Shown: piece by piece, positions 63,801 to 64,000 of the stretch
How the letters are laid out: every line of letters starts with the position of its first letter
How positions within the stretch are numbered: position 1 is the first letter of the stretch
From: Pseudovirgaria hyperparasitica
Lineage: Eukaryota
Length of the DNA: 64,000 nt
Strand: one strand, 5' to 3'
Assembly: GCA_010093815.1 (NCBI GenBank)
Contig: ML996566.1
The notes under the pieces: generated by a model
Seen by the model: the letters and a program-made list of their open reading frames with translations, nothing else
Database searches by the model: none
What the model was told of the DNA's origin: nothing
Translations under genes and position numbers: made by a program

Positions 63801-64000
63801 AGAACCTACGCCGACGAAGTGAGCCCGTTCATCCGCTCTTGGGTGATCTCCTACAGAACAGCACCGCAAACAACCTCACGTGGAAGAATTTTCTCCGGCC
63901 ACAAGATCTGCCATGGATCCATGAGCATCAGATCCAAGGGCAAAGCGTGTTCCCTGCCGCCGGATATGCTTCTACAGCTATCGACTCGGCCAGATATGTC
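60876..64000 (+). CDS. Iterative highly reducing PKS or PKS-NRPS hybrid, 5' part (KS-AT-start of DH), truncated by window end; introns 61351-61412, 61940-61999
   Basis: [84 protein letters not shown]...[14 protein letters not shown]. The frame is open from 62000 to the end. Confidence 0.96.

Overview
Eukaryotic, intron-containing DNA from a filamentous ascomycete (Pezizomycotina; GT-AG introns of mostly ~50 nt with CTRAY branch points). The left ~38 kb is mostly housekeeping or conserved genes: CCH1 Ca2+ channel, PHD-finger protein, beta-tubulin, secreted tyrosinase-like protein, PTH11-like receptor, DDHD phospholipase, TGL3-like patatin lipase, NAT1/NAA15 and a TAP-like hydrolase. Next come a siderophore-type MFS transporter and transposon relics (a hAT right end, a MITE and a possible LINE fragment). 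The right ~17-22 kb is a secondary-metabolite gene cluster running off the window. It contains an iterative HR-PKS or PKS-NRPS (KS-AT-start of DH visible), a trans-acting enoyl reductase, a Zn2Cys6 regulator, a P450, a Baeyer-Villiger monooxygenase, an ABM-domain protein and an SDR, possibly with an acyl-CoA ligase and an alpha/beta hydrolase. The most striking observation is an intact OLE1-type delta-9 acyl-CoA desaturase/cytochrome b5 fusion inside this cluster, a candidate self-resistance gene (or an unusual tailoring desaturase). All gene models were read by eye; no database searches were run.
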